This document shows, one piece after another, positions 39,774 to 49,299 of a DNA stretch of 64,000 nucleotides. Location of the stretch: assembly GCA_937928545.1 (NCBI GenBank), contig CALGJQ010000029.1, positions 1 to 64,000 of the forward strand. Reading direction: 5' to 3'. Origin of the DNA: an uncultured Verrucomicrobiales bacterium. GTDB taxonomy: Bacteria > Verrucomicrobiota > Verrucomicrobiia > Verrucomicrobiales > Akkermansiaceae. Within the stretch, counting starts at the first letter, position 1. Each line of letters begins with the position of its first letter. A program made the translations under genes and the position numbers. The notes under the pieces were generated by a model. That model had not been told where the DNA came from and made no database searches. It saw nothing but the letters and a program-made list of their open reading frames with translations.

Positions 39774-40977
39774 CGGAGGATACCGGAAGAAGACCTTCTA
39801 CTTGGAAAATCTACGCGCTTTTCCTGCTGGGATTATTGAAACGCTGGGAACCACTTTTTCTATTCTCATCGCGAACCGTGTTTTTGATGCCGGTGCTCTT
39901 GCCAAAGCCGCTCTCGTAGCTCTCCCCAGCTTAGGCCTCCTTCTGAGTCTTTTCGTGGTGCAAGCGGTGCGACGGAGCGGCTTGAGTGCGAACGTCATGC
40001 TGGCCCTGATTTTTGTCGCTTCGGGCGTGGGCTTCACGATCAGCTCGTTCGCGGGGGATCGATTTGAAATCTACTTACTCGGTATGGTGATTGCTCTGGT
40101 CACCCTGACTCTCAATCTCCCGCTTTTCTCACAGATTTATCGACGCCACTATCCAGATGAGGTTCGCGGGAAGCTCTTTTCGATGACCGCTTTCACTCGG
40201 AAGGCTTACGCCATCGGAACGGCATTTCTCTTCGGATGGCTCCTGACCAAGTCTCTTGATTACTACCCTTATCTGCTGGGAGTCTATGCTGTGGCTTCTT
40301 TCATGATGGCGGGTTGCGTCATGGCGATGGAGAAAGTCACCTTGAGCCGCTCGAAGCGAACCAAGCTATTCGATGCCTTCCGCCACGCGGGCCAAGATGA
40401 TCGTTTTCGCAAGTTGCTGATTTCATGGATGATTTTAGGTTTTGGAAACCTTCTCTCGTTCTCACTTTTCGTGGAATACGTCACGAACAAGGACTACGGC
40501 TTCAACCTGAGTGAGAATCACGTCAGTATCATCACCACGGTCATCCCGGAGACCTGCTTCTTTGTTTCAGTCCTGCTTTGGGGAAGGCTTTTTGATCGGA
40601 TCAGTTTCTACGTTCTCCGCTGTGTCATCAATCTCATCTTCGGAGCAGGAATCATCTTCTATTTCATGGGGGATGGATTGTGGGCTCTCTATATCGGGAT
40701 CGGTTTACATGGTGTCGCTAAAGCAGGGGGGAATGTCGCTTGGAGTCTTTGGGTGACCAAATTCGCCTCCGCCGAAAACGTCGCCGAATACATGAGCGTT
40801 CATACTTTTTTGACGGGGTGCCGAGGAGTGATCGCGCCATTTATTGCTTTCCCACTCGCGGCAAGCCTCGGACCGACTTGGGTAGGGGCGATTGGGGCTA
40901 CCTTGATCTTCATCGCAACGGCGATGCTAATACCCGACCTAAAATCACGAGATCGAGACTTGCCAGAGCCTAAATGA
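39733..40977 (+). CDS. MFS transporter
   Basis: About 12 TM helices with MFS-like topology. Confidence 0.7.
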   Translation: MRQRLQIKEARVPNGGYRKKTFYLENLRAFPAGIIETLGTTFSILIANRVFDAGALAKAALVALPSLGLLLSLFVVQAVRRSGLSANVMLALIFVASGVGFTISSFAGDRFEIYLLGMVIALVTLTLNLPLFSQIYRRHYPDEVRGKLFSMTAFTRKAYAIGTAFLFGWLLTKSLDYYPYLLGVYAVASFMMAGCVMAMEKVTLSRSKRTKLFDAFRHAGQDDRFRKLLISWMILGFGNLLSFSLFVEYVTNKDYGFNLSENHVSIITTVIPETCFFVSVLLWGRLFDRISFYVLRCVINLIFGAGIIFYFMGDGLWALYIGIGLHGVAKAGGNVAWSLWVTKFASAENVAEYMSVHTFLTGCRGVIAPFIAFPLAASLGPTWVGAIGATLIFIATAMLIPDLKSRDRDLPEPK

Positions 40978-41021
40978 TCAGTAGTATCCGCGCCGTCGGA
41001 GGGAAATTCCCTGATGACAAT

Positions 41022-41097
41022 GCCGCCTTAGCTCAGTTGGTAGAGCTACTGATTTGTAATCAGTAGGTCGACGGTTCGAGTCCGTCAGGCGGCTCCA
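41022..41097 (+). tRNA. tRNA-Thr (anticodon TGT)
   Basis: Acceptor stem GCCGCCT/AGGCGGC, D-arm TAGCTCAGTTGGTAGAGC, anticodon loop TTTGTAA, T-arm GGTTCGAGTCC and an encoded CCA. Confidence 0.9.
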
Positions 41098-41105
41098 TTT
41101 TTTAG

Positions 41106-41143
41106 AACGACTCACGTTGAAAGACGTGAGTCGTTTTTTTATT
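41106..41143 (+). terminator. Rho-independent terminator after tRNA-Thr
   Basis: gaacgactcacg-ttgaaaga-cgtgagtcgtt followed by a T7 run. Confidence 0.6.
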
Positions 41144-42080
41144 TGAAGTCAAGTTGAAGGCCTCGCGTCGACCAATAGGCTTTCAACTTCATTTGGATTG
41201 AAGAGGCGTATTTTATGGGGAAAAGAATCGGCTTTTGGTCGCGCTTTAAAATGACCTTTTCAAGCTCCGCAAGGTAGTTCGAAAATTCTTGGCGACGCTC
41301 AGCACCTCCGTGGAAGGTGAAATGAGTGAGAAGAAGCGCAGAGGTGTATGATTCTAAGGCCTCATTCGGAGGAAGTGTCGCAGTTCGTTTTAGCCAATCG
41401 TTCGAGCTCAGTTTGAGGAGTTGCTCGATATTGGTGAGGGGGATTTTTTGATTTTTCGCGCCAGTTTGCTTGCGGACATGATCGCGGATCTGAGTGTCTA
41501 TTTTTCTGAAATCGAAGTTCCCTCTGACTAGGTGTGCTGCTGCGAGGTATTCCGCGATTCCTTCGGTCAGCCATGGCCTAATCTTCCAGATCTTGTCGCG
41601 CATCCCAAGATGGGTGAGTTCATGAACGAGCAGATCAAAAGCGGGACGACGGAGAAGGGCTGATTGCGAGGGGACTCGATGAAGTTGATCCCAACGAACG
41701 ATGACCCTGTTGCGATGTCCATCGTAGAAGCCCCCAGTTCCAGATGCTCCTCCTGCTGTGGAGTAGGATTCCTCATCGAGAGCAATTTGAATCAGGGGTT
41801 TTTCTGAATTCGAAGTGCTGGAGAGAGCAAAAGGAATCGACTTCAAAGCGAGCGCGGTGGCTTCAGCGCTCATGACAAAATTTGTGACGAGATCGCTATC
41901 GATTTTCTTGGGAGTCTGAATGCGAAAGCTGCTTGTTTCGTAGATGAAACCATTTTGAGCGGCCTCGACCGAGTGAGTTCCCAGCTTGGGAGAGGGCGTG
42001 ATCGTTAGGGGCCACTTTTGAGTTTGGGCCTGACTGAATGAGTTGAAGGTAATGAGCCAACTAATTGCCCGTGTCTTCAT
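41139..42080 (-). CDS. Secreted HEXXH zinc-metallopeptidase-like protein
   Basis: Signal peptide and an LVHELTHL (HExxH) motif. Confidence 0.55.
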   Translation of the reverse strand: MKTRAISWLITFNSFSQAQTQKWPLTITPSPKLGTHSVEAAQNGFIYETSSFRIQTPKKIDSDLVTNFVMSAEATALALKSIPFALSSTSNSEKPLIQIALDEESYSTAGGASGTGGFYDGHRNRVIVRWDQLHRVPSQSALLRRPAFDLLVHELTHLGMRDKIWKIRPWLTEGIAEYLAAAHLVRGNFDFRKIDTQIRDHVRKQTGAKNQKIPLTNIEQLLKLSSNDWLKRTATLPPNEALESYTSALLLTHFTFHGGAERRQEFSNYLAELEKVILKRDQKPILFPIKYASSIQMKLKAYWSTRGLQLDFK

Positions 42081-42537
42081 CGAGAGGAACGATCTTGATT
42101 TTCCCGGTGGGGGCCTGGTTTAAGTTCCCTGCGAGAGTTTCAACGGCGGGTTTTGAGGGAGCTTCCTTGCCATCGAGCGCGCTTTTCAGAGCTTGTTCGA
42201 CAAGTTGGCCACAGTGGATCTTCATTGGCGGAAGGGGGCCAAGATCCCCGGAAAGTTCGTTAGGTTTCAGCTCTCGGGCTTCATCAGGGGTTTTCCCTTT
42301 GAGGAGTTCAGTTGCCATCGAGGCCACGGCGATCGCAGTTTGACAACCGAAGGCTTGGAAAGAGGCGCGGTCGATGACTTTCTTCCCATCCTTTTCGGTG
42401 AATTTGAGCCACATTCGAAGCATGTCGCCGCAATCAGGTGAACCAACGGTGCCAACGCTATCGGCATCGTTCATTTCTCCCACATTCTTGGGCTTAGCGA
42501 GGGCTTCCCGCGCGCGATCTTCAAAGTTCTCAGACAT
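42061..42537 (-). CDS. NifU/IscU-like Fe-S cluster scaffold domain protein
   Basis: GSPDCGDMLRMWLKF...FQAFGCQTAIAVAS contains the three conserved Cys. Confidence 0.75.
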   Translation of the reverse strand: MSENFEDRAREALAKPKNVGEMNDADSVGTVGSPDCGDMLRMWLKFTEKDGKKVIDRASFQAFGCQTAIAVASMATELLKGKTPDEARELKPNELSGDLGPLPPMKIHCGQLVEQALKSALDGKEAPSKPAVETLAGNLNQAPTGKIKIVPLDEDTGN

Positions 42538-42568
42538 GGGTGAATATTAGCTGCGGAAGCAAGAAAGT

Positions 42569-44443
42569 CTAGGACTGCCCCTTTTTGTCGTGGGCTGGAT
42601 CGTAGTAAATCTTCACGTCAGCTTTGGTCGTCCCGAGGAGTTCTTGTGCACGAATTAGAGCATCGCGGGTTGAGATGTTGGGATTACTAGGGGAGGTGAA
42701 GAAGAGATTGGTTTCGCCTTCTTCCCGACAACATCCTCGCTGTAAGGTTCGCAGAACACCGGAACTTTTAAGGACTTTATAAACATCCCGAGTCGCGCCC
42801 GAAATAATAAGGTGCCTATCCTTGGAGCGGACGAATCGAATAAGCTCTCGCAGAGCCATCACGCTGGTGGCGTCTAAGTGACGGGCGTTTTTCAGGCGAA
42901 GAATGATGACCTTAATATTTGGGTCGACTACGAGCCGTTGAACTTGGGTTTGAAAGAGTTCGGCTGCCCCGAAGAAGAGGGACCCTTCGACATGCACAAT
43001 GGAAATCGCAGGATTGGGGCGCTTTTTCTTCTCTCCTAGTTCGCGAAGTTCACCATCGTCTGAAACTTCGTATTCAATCAAGTGGGGGCGGGAAACCTTT
43101 CGGAGGAAGAGGAAAATTGAAAGTGAGGCGCCAATGAAAATAGCGACGTAGAGCGGGAAAATAAGCGCGGTGAGAAAAGTGACCAATAGGACTCCGAAGT
43201 CTTCCGGAGTTGAACGCAGACAAATACGAATGTTACGAGTTTTGATCAAAGAGGCGGCCACCCCGATGACCAAGCCTGCCAGTGCTGCCTTGGGGATGAA
43301 TGAGACAGGATTTGGACTCATGAAGGCGAAAGCAAAAATAGCGATGAGACAAAACACGCCCGAAATGATCGACGAGATGCCTGATCGAGCTCCCGACTCG
43401 TAGTTTAATGCCGAGCGAGTGAGTGATCCCGAAGCTGGCATGGCAGCCGTGAAAGCACAGGCGACATTGCTCATGCCGACAGCCATCATGTCTTGGTTGA
43501 TTTCGGTCCGGTTTCCAGAGCGAGAAGCAAGGGACTTTGCCATGACGGTATTCTCTAGAGATGCTAGGAAGGCAATGGCCACGGCAACCCCAAGAAGGGA
43601 AGAGATGTCGGAAAGGAATCCACTCTCAGAAGCAACTGGGTATCGAAACTTTAAGTCGGAGAGAGAAAAGGACCCGAAATTAGGAACCGCGGCAGCCCAG
43701 TCAGAGGACTGTTCTGACATGAAGGTGGAAACGATGGCTGCAATTGTGAGAGAAAGAGCGAAATTGGGGAGGGCCTTTAGCCACTTCGTCATAACGAGAT
43801 ACAAGAGCAGAGTGCCGAAGCCGAGAATGGCCGGCTGCCAAAGGTAGGAATGCTTTGCGTTCGCGAGTTCGCTAAACATTCCGAAGAAATTACTGGCCGG
43901 TTCAACCACCTCCGCAACTCCGAAAAGGTGCTTCCCTTGATTGATCATGATGAGAATTGCGGCTCCGGTGATGTATCCGACGAGAACGCTTTGGCTAATG
44001 TATTGCACCAGTTCCGCAGCCTTCAAGACGGCCCCAATGAGACAGATGACTCCTACCATGAGGACCAAAAGAGGCATGAGATTCAGTTTCTCAGACATGG
44101 TGAAGCTCCCTGCGGCAAAAAAGCTAAAGACCATGAGCGAGGTTGCATTGGTTGGTCCTAAAATCGTGTGTCGGGAACTTGCGAAGAACGGTGCGACGAT
44201 GGCGGCTATGGCTGAGCAAATAATCCCATAGAGAATAGGGAGCTCGGCGATCGCGGCGTAAGCCATTCCTTGGGGAACAGCCAAAAGTGCGATGTTTACT
44301 GCCGCACTGAGATCCTTCCGTCCGTCGAAAGTGGTGTAGCCAGCAATGCTCTTACGAAATGGAAAAAGACTGAGCTGATTGCTTGCCGCCCAATCCCTGA
44401 AGGCTCTGAAGGCAGAGCGACCTTTCCGCTTCAGTTTATCCAT
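42569..44443 (-). CDS. SulP-family anion transporter with a C-terminal STAS domain
   Basis: SulP TM core followed by a STAS domain. Confidence 0.85.
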   Translation of the reverse strand: MDKLKRKGRSAFRAFRDWAASNQLSLFPFRKSIAGYTTFDGRKDLSAAVNIALLAVPQGMAYAAIAELPILYGIICSAIAAIVAPFFASSRHTILGPTNATSLMVFSFFAAGSFTMSEKLNLMPLLVLMVGVICLIGAVLKAAELVQYISQSVLVGYITGAAILIMINQGKHLFGVAEVVEPASNFFGMFSELANAKHSYLWQPAILGFGTLLLYLVMTKWLKALPNFALSLTIAAIVSTFMSEQSSDWAAAVPNFGSFSLSDLKFRYPVASESGFLSDISSLLGVAVAIAFLASLENTVMAKSLASRSGNRTEINQDMMAVGMSNVACAFTAAMPASGSLTRSALNYESGARSGISSIISGVFCLIAIFAFAFMSPNPVSFIPKAALAGLVIGVAASLIKTRNIRICLRSTPEDFGVLLVTFLTALIFPLYVAIFIGASLSIFLFLRKVSRPHLIEYEVSDDGELRELGEKKKRPNPAISIVHVEGSLFFGAAELFQTQVQRLVVDPNIKVIILRLKNARHLDATSVMALRELIRFVRSKDRHLIISGATRDVYKVLKSSGVLRTLQRGCCREEGETNLFFTSPSNPNISTRDALIRAQELLGTTKADVKIYYDPAHDKKGQS

Positions 44444-44452
44444 GGAATTAAG

Positions 44453-45568
44453 TTAGGCCCGTTTGCTTGCGCGGCGAAAGAGGAAAATCCCCAAAGCTAA
44501 ACAGGCGATGTTCGGAAGCCAGAGGAGGGCTTTTGTGATGAGGAGTTCGTCTCCTTGTGTTTTGTCTGCGATGATGAAAAAGACGAAGTATCCAATCGCT
44601 ACGGCGAGACTTAGCACGGCACCAGTTGAAGTTTCTTTTCTTCGCGCCGAGAGACCAAGAGGAATGCCAATGAAGGCGAGTGCGAGAGGAGCCATCGAAA
44701 AGGAAATCCGCCGGGTGCGCTCGACATCGAAGTCATTAATTTTCTCTTGAAGCATCCCTTCCGGGGGATTGGCGAGGAGTTCTCGGATCTCGCCATTATC
44801 GAGCATGTTTGGTTTAATTTTCCGAGCCTTAGAAACCTCCAGAGGAAGAACCCACGGCTCAATTTTTTCACCGAAGGTCTGTTGCAGCTCGCCTTCCTTG
44901 TTATAGGTCTCTGCCCAAACTCCATTTAGGCGGAGGTCCAACTTTTTCACCTTCTTACCTTTATTTCGAAGGGTGACTTGTTCCGCATAGACGTAACCGA
45001 TTGGTTTGGCGCTAGGGTCATCGGTGTTGATTTGATAAGCATGAAATCCTTGCAGGCTTTCGTCTGGGTTCCTCGATTCGATATAAATCCGTTGCCCCTT
45101 CATTCGGGATTGCACGATACCGGGGTCAAGGAGTCGAAGCGGGTCGTCTTCGAGGGTTTCATAAAGGAGTCTTTTGAGTTCACCCTTTGAACGAGGCGAG
45201 ACCGTGGCGTTTAACCAGAGACAGAGAAGCGATAGCGCTAAGCCGAGAGTCAGAACCGGAGCGGCAATCCGATAAAGCCCCATTCCAGCACTGCGAAATG
45301 AGTTGATTTCTTGATCGGATGAGAGCCTCCCAAAAACAAGGAGGACTGCCGCGAGAAATCCCCAAGGAATGGTGAAGACCAGAGAAACGGGAAGAAGCTT
45401 GGCGATGAAAACACCAAGAAACGAAATCGGAGCACCTCGGTCGACCAGAAGCTTGTTAATCTCTTTGAAAAGGTTTCCGAGAACTAGAACAACACTCAGA
45501 ATCAGAACCGCATATAGTGCCGTCGCGAAAACTTGTTTGGCAATGTAGCGGTCGCTCTTGAGAATCAT
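44453..45568 (-). CDS. LptF/LptG-family permease
   Basis: Characteristic N-terminus MILKSDRYIAKQVFATALYAVLILSVV and a periplasmic beta-jellyroll insert. Confidence 0.8.
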   Translation of the reverse strand: MILKSDRYIAKQVFATALYAVLILSVVLVLGNLFKEINKLLVDRGAPISFLGVFIAKLLPVSLVFTIPWGFLAAVLLVFGRLSSDQEINSFRSAGMGLYRIAAPVLTLGLALSLLCLWLNATVSPRSKGELKRLLYETLEDDPLRLLDPGIVQSRMKGQRIYIESRNPDESLQGFHAYQINTDDPSAKPIGYVYAEQVTLRNKGKKVKKLDLRLNGVWAETYNKEGELQQTFGEKIEPWVLPLEVSKARKIKPNMLDNGEIRELLANPPEGMLQEKINDFDVERTRRISFSMAPLALAFIGIPLGLSARRKETSTGAVLSLAVAIGYFVFFIIADKTQGDELLITKALLWLPNIACLALGIFLFRRASKRA

Positions 45569-45637
45569 CTTGCTTGCGAACTAGATTCAAAAAAGAGCGG
45601 GCTTGAGTAATGCGGTCATCCGACAGAGGAACAAAAA

Positions 45638-45665
45638 TGGCGGAGAGGGAAGGAATTGAATCTCT
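45638..45665. repeat. tRNA 3'-end-like att repeat, copy 1, marking the left boundary of integrative element 1
   Basis: tggcggagagggaaggaattgaa is repeated at 56452 with one mismatch. Its reverse complement reads TTCAA-TCCTTCCCTCTCCGCCA, which corresponds to T-loop position 54 through the CCA of a tRNA. Confidence 0.55.
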
Positions 45666-45747
45666 CCATTTCTTCTCCTTATAAAACAAAGCATTCAGCC
45701 TTTGGCGGAATTCCTTGGTGTGCCACTTGTGTGACGCTTTTAATAGT

Positions 45748-45761
45748 GCCGATAGGATAAA
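45748..45761 (+). promoter_or_regulatory. Conserved motif TAAAAATCTGACAA, 27 nt upstream of rep-like gene 1
   Basis: An identical 14-mer lies 25 nt upstream of the paralogous gene at 56635. Confidence 0.5.
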
Positions 45762-45787
45762 AATCTGACAAGTCTTTTCAAAGGGCT

Positions 45788-47134
45788 ATGGAAGTCGGAA
45801 AAGGGGTCATGCTAACTGGCTACGATGACCTCCCTACGATTGAGAACGCGAAACACGACCGGATAAAGGTTCAACAGAAGTCATGGATTCTCTCTTATCC
45901 AAGTGAGTCGGCTCTTCAAGAGTTCGTGCTTCGATTAAGGACTGTGGTTATCGGCTCGGATTCAGACACAATAGAGTATTCCCAGTTAGAAGGTGATCTT
46001 GATGAAAGCACGGGGTGGATATTCGTGAGTGCTCCTAATTCCCAACGAAGGGGGCTTACTCGGTTAAACGTTAGAAGGAGTCGAACAACCTCACACAGAC
46101 ATAGATTCGGGATGCCGCTTTTCAAGGGGAGTATCGACATTCGAGAATCACCCCAGACGGCACAAGCATCAGCTGTGATAACGAGCACGCTTTATCTTAA
46201 TCCCACTAGATTTGCGCGCTGGCAGGATGCAGAGGAAGGGAGCGCGTTTGTGTTTTGGACGCCTCGCCGACGATTTCGTGAGAGGGGGCGAAATCAGTCA
46301 TTGGATCGATCTGACAACTACATGTCACGGGAGCAGTATCAAAGATTTGACGGTGCTGATGCTTGGTTTGGACTCCTAGAGAGCTATTGGAGCGGAGTTG
46401 TCGGAGAGATTGAAAGAGAGTTCTCTAGAGCTTCGATGGCGGCTGAGGCGTCGTTCCGACGTCAACATGGGGAGAGGAACTCCACAAAGGTTAAGGAGGT
46501 GGAGGTGTATTGGGAAATGGCCTCCGATGATGCCTTGAACGAGCTATCTAGGATCAGGCCGATACTCAGAGGAATTGGACGTGATAGCCGTGAGTCTTCA
46601 TATCCGACCATAATAGGAGACATTGAGCGCGATTGCCCCTCTTTTACCATTCAGCTATGTAACGGCGTTAAACTGCGTGTCTATGCGAAGACGGAGACAA
46701 GAATTAGATTCGAGGTGGCTTATAAATTGGGAGGAAGTGGGCGGTATCAGCTCAGAGGGGGAACAGCGGGTGATGAGCCTGCAATTTTGAATCGTATTTG
46801 TCGTGAAGCTGCGATTGATGCCTCTAACCGTCTTTCTGAGATTTTCCCTCTCTTATCTGAGGTGATCCCAAGGGCGGTAACACTGATGGACTTCTTTGAT
46901 GCTCTTCATTCAAGTTCATCTTCGTTAACTGAAGCAACAGCGATCCTTCGCTTGCTGGTCGCAAATGGATCGGTCTCCATTGGACGGCGGGGAACAATTA
47001 GGCGACGAGCAATCGACAAACTAATTAGGCGTGAGGTTTTACGGTCTTCTCCAGTCCACAGTGGGAGTGCATTTTTAAGTGAGGATTATCGTTCTCTTCT
47101 TAATCATGCATTCCCTTCGTCATCACTCCTTTAG
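45788..47134 (+). CDS. Element-encoded protein, putative replication initiator (paralog 1)
   Basis: 448 aa, paralogous to 56635..57984, sharing GMPLF and LNPTRFA / VNPTRFA blocks. The position and upstream motif are the same in both elements. Confidence 0.6.
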   Translation: MEVGKGVMLTGYDDLPTIENAKHDRIKVQQKSWILSYPSESALQEFVLRLRTVVIGSDSDTIEYSQLEGDLDESTGWIFVSAPNSQRRGLTRLNVRRSRTTSHRHRFGMPLFKGSIDIRESPQTAQASAVITSTLYLNPTRFARWQDAEEGSAFVFWTPRRRFRERGRNQSLDRSDNYMSREQYQRFDGADAWFGLLESYWSGVVGEIEREFSRASMAAEASFRRQHGERNSTKVKEVEVYWEMASDDALNELSRIRPILRGIGRDSRESSYPTIIGDIERDCPSFTIQLCNGVKLRVYAKTETRIRFEVAYKLGGSGRYQLRGGTAGDEPAILNRICREAAIDASNRLSEIFPLLSEVIPRAVTLMDFFDALHSSSSSLTEATAILRLLVANGSVSIGRRGTIRRRAIDKLIRREVLRSSPVHSGSAFLSEDYRSLLNHAFPSSSLL

Positions 47135-47171
47135 CATCTTTCGTTCTACTGTGTTAGGGGTGCTTCTGAAT

Positions 47172-47187
47172 TTGCAACCGGTTGCAA
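47172..47187. repeat. Perfect 16-bp palindrome TTGCAACCGGTTGCAA (site A)
   Basis: Seen directly in the sequence. Extended context is AATTTGCAACCGGTTGCAACAG. Confidence 0.7.
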
Positions 47188-47206
47188 CAGGGTGTGGATG
47201 ATGAGG

Positions 47207-47869
47207 CTAGTTCACGAAATTCTGAGATTCAGCATCTTCAACCTCTTGTTCTTCCTCAATGAAGCCAGCGAAGACTTTCATCATCTCGACTAGCTCTTCC
47301 TGTTTGGCCATATCGCGAAGCACTGAGTCTGGGACTTTAGGCGTTGATTGATTGGCATGATTTTCTGCCATTCGTGGAGTGAAACCTTGGAAGCTATCCA
47401 TCTTGATTCGGATGGTAAGAAGAAGGTTAAGAGCTTCTTTTTTCGCTCGCTCTGAAGTGGCGTCATTGTATTCCTGAAAGGCCAATTTCCAAAGCAGTTC
47501 ATATTCCATTAGAGCTTTCCCTCTCTGCGTCTCAATGTCTGGCCAAGAACAATCCCTTTTCCAACGAACCTCAACCCTTCCTCGATAGCGTTCAAGTTGT
47601 CTCCGGTCTGTGATTTCCAACAAGGGCATAAGTTCGCGTGAATGGGTAACTCCTTGAAGCATGAGTTGCTCTAGTCTCAGAACCTGCTCCTCGTCCCGTA
47701 ATGCCCTATCGCATTCGATGGGAGGGGAAGGGACTTCTACTTCATCTGAGGGGCGAGCGCGCCTCTCTGCAAGGGGAAGGCCTACGCGCCGTCTCTGGCG
47801 GGGAAGGGGAGGTGTGGTAGATTCAGCACTCACGGCGTGCATCCTAACACAGTCCTTTTCCTTCTTCAA
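47207..47869 (-). CDS. Hypothetical protein (220 aa) bracketed by two palindromes
   Basis: ORF with balanced composition and no recognisable motif. Confidence 0.5.
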   Translation of the reverse strand: MKKEKDCVRMHAVSAESTTPPLPRQRRRVGLPLAERRARPSDEVEVPSPPIECDRALRDEEQVLRLEQLMLQGVTHSRELMPLLEITDRRQLERYRGRVEVRWKRDCSWPDIETQRGKALMEYELLWKLAFQEYNDATSERAKKEALNLLLTIRIKMDSFQGFTPRMAENHANQSTPKVPDSVLRDMAKQEELVEMMKVFAGFIEEEQEVEDAESQNFVN

Positions 47870-47902
47870 GAAAGGGACAGCTTAGAGGGCAGTTTTTGTA
47901 GG

Positions 47903-47918
47903 TTGCAACCGGTTGCAA
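47903..47918. repeat. Perfect 16-bp palindrome TTGCAACCGGTTGCAA (site B)
   Basis: Located between the start of the 220-aa gene and the end of the next gene. Confidence 0.7.
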
Positions 47919-47921
47919 TTG

Positions 47922-48818
47922 TCAGTTTCGAAGTTCTTTCACGATTTGATCTCTTACTTCTGGAGAGCTAAATGGCAGTTCTTCTCCTCGATAGATATAG
48001 CGATTTCCTGATGCGTTAGGGGGGACAAAGAGCAGTAGCTTGTCAGCTTCTTCCTTCGTGATTTCCATCTCCCCCGCGACGGCAACTCTGAAAGAATTTC
48101 TCTGCCTAGCAAGATCATCGGGGAAGGCATTCAAAATCCTCTTTCGATTTTGGGCGTAAATTGCGTTTGCTCGAATCACGTCAGGAGACGGAACACTAGA
48201 AGGAATCTTAACGTCCCAAACTTCTGATTTGTCATCCCCTGACCAGCCTTTCCCGTCTGGAATATAGTTCACCATTGCCACAATTTGAGATGCCCCGTGC
48301 TCGATTGAGTGACGACTCATCTCGGCAATCACCGATACTGTTTCAGCCTTCGTTTTTTCCTGAAGATTTCGCGCTGCATAGATGAGAGTCGCGGCATAAT
48401 CTTGCGGCCTCTCAGAGCCTTCGACGACGACACGCCAAGTTAACCGCTTCCTCGATCCAAAGGAGGAATTTTCAGATTCGTAGATCTTGAAAGTGCGAAT
48501 TGCTCCAAGGCGTTCGGCAAGTTCGTCGTTTTTCAGCCTTTCGATTTCCTTGATGAGTTCCCCAAATTCTTCGTCTTCAATCGCTGAATACTTCCTTTTC
48601 AGTTCTTCTAAAGTTGAAAGGTCTTCTTCAGATACAGCCTTTTCGGCTTTCGCTATGATCTCGGAACGATTTTCCTCAAAATCTTTACGCTGTTGAGAAA
48701 TGCCAATGCTTCCGATGATTAGCAGAAGCACAAAGATTCCAACGACCACGGCTAGTGCAACTACGCACCCTTTCTTCTTCGGTTTGGTTTGCGGGAGAGG
48801 GGGTGGAGTCTGTGTCAT
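47922..48818 (-). CDS. Membrane-anchored hypothetical protein (298 aa)
   Basis: N-terminal Pro/Lys-rich segment plus a single TM helix. Confidence 0.5.
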   Translation of the reverse strand: MTQTPPPLPQTKPKKKGCVVALAVVVGIFVLLLIIGSIGISQQRKDFEENRSEIIAKAEKAVSEEDLSTLEELKRKYSAIEDEEFGELIKEIERLKNDELAERLGAIRTFKIYESENSSFGSRKRLTWRVVVEGSERPQDYAATLIYAARNLQEKTKAETVSVIAEMSRHSIEHGASQIVAMVNYIPDGKGWSGDDKSEVWDVKIPSSVPSPDVIRANAIYAQNRKRILNAFPDDLARQRNSFRVAVAGEMEITKEEADKLLLFVPPNASGNRYIYRGEELPFSSPEVRDQIVKELRN

Positions 48819-48945
48819 TGCTTAGGTGGTTTACTGCTCCCCGCGCTATGCCGAGGTCCGTGCATATATGCACGTATCAGGCACCGCATTGGAAGGGTAA
48901 AAACGAAGCCTGAGCATTGACCCTAAAGACCTAGCTTCGGCAGTT

Positions 48946-49152
48946 GTGGAAATCCTTAGAGAGAAGCGAGTTGAGCAGGGCCTATCCCATGAAGCTCTCT
49001 CCAAGCTCTCGGGAGTTCATCGCACAACTGTGAGCCGAGTTGAGAGAAACCAGATAAACGCCACTCTGTTTGTTCTTCAGAGTATGGCGGGCGCGTTGAA
49101 CCATCCTCTAAGTGAGATTTTGGCTCAGGCTGAAGATCGCTTGAAAAGGTGA
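48946..49152 (+). CDS. XRE-family helix-turn-helix transcriptional regulator
   Basis: QGLSHEALSKLSGVHRTTVSRVERNQ is a Cro/C1-type HTH. Confidence 0.7.
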   Translation: MEILREKRVEQGLSHEALSKLSGVHRTTVSRVERNQINATLFVLQSMAGALNHPLSEILAQAEDRLKR

Positions 49153-49299
49153 TTTTCTCAGCTTTTTAAAGTAGCACTGAGGCCTTGGATTCGCTGGGAT
49201 GTGCATGAAATGAATCCTTCAGAACTTCTGATGTGGATCAATGTGGGTTTAGTGCCTAACCTCTCTTAACGGAGCTGAAATCATTTCAGCTTTTCGACG

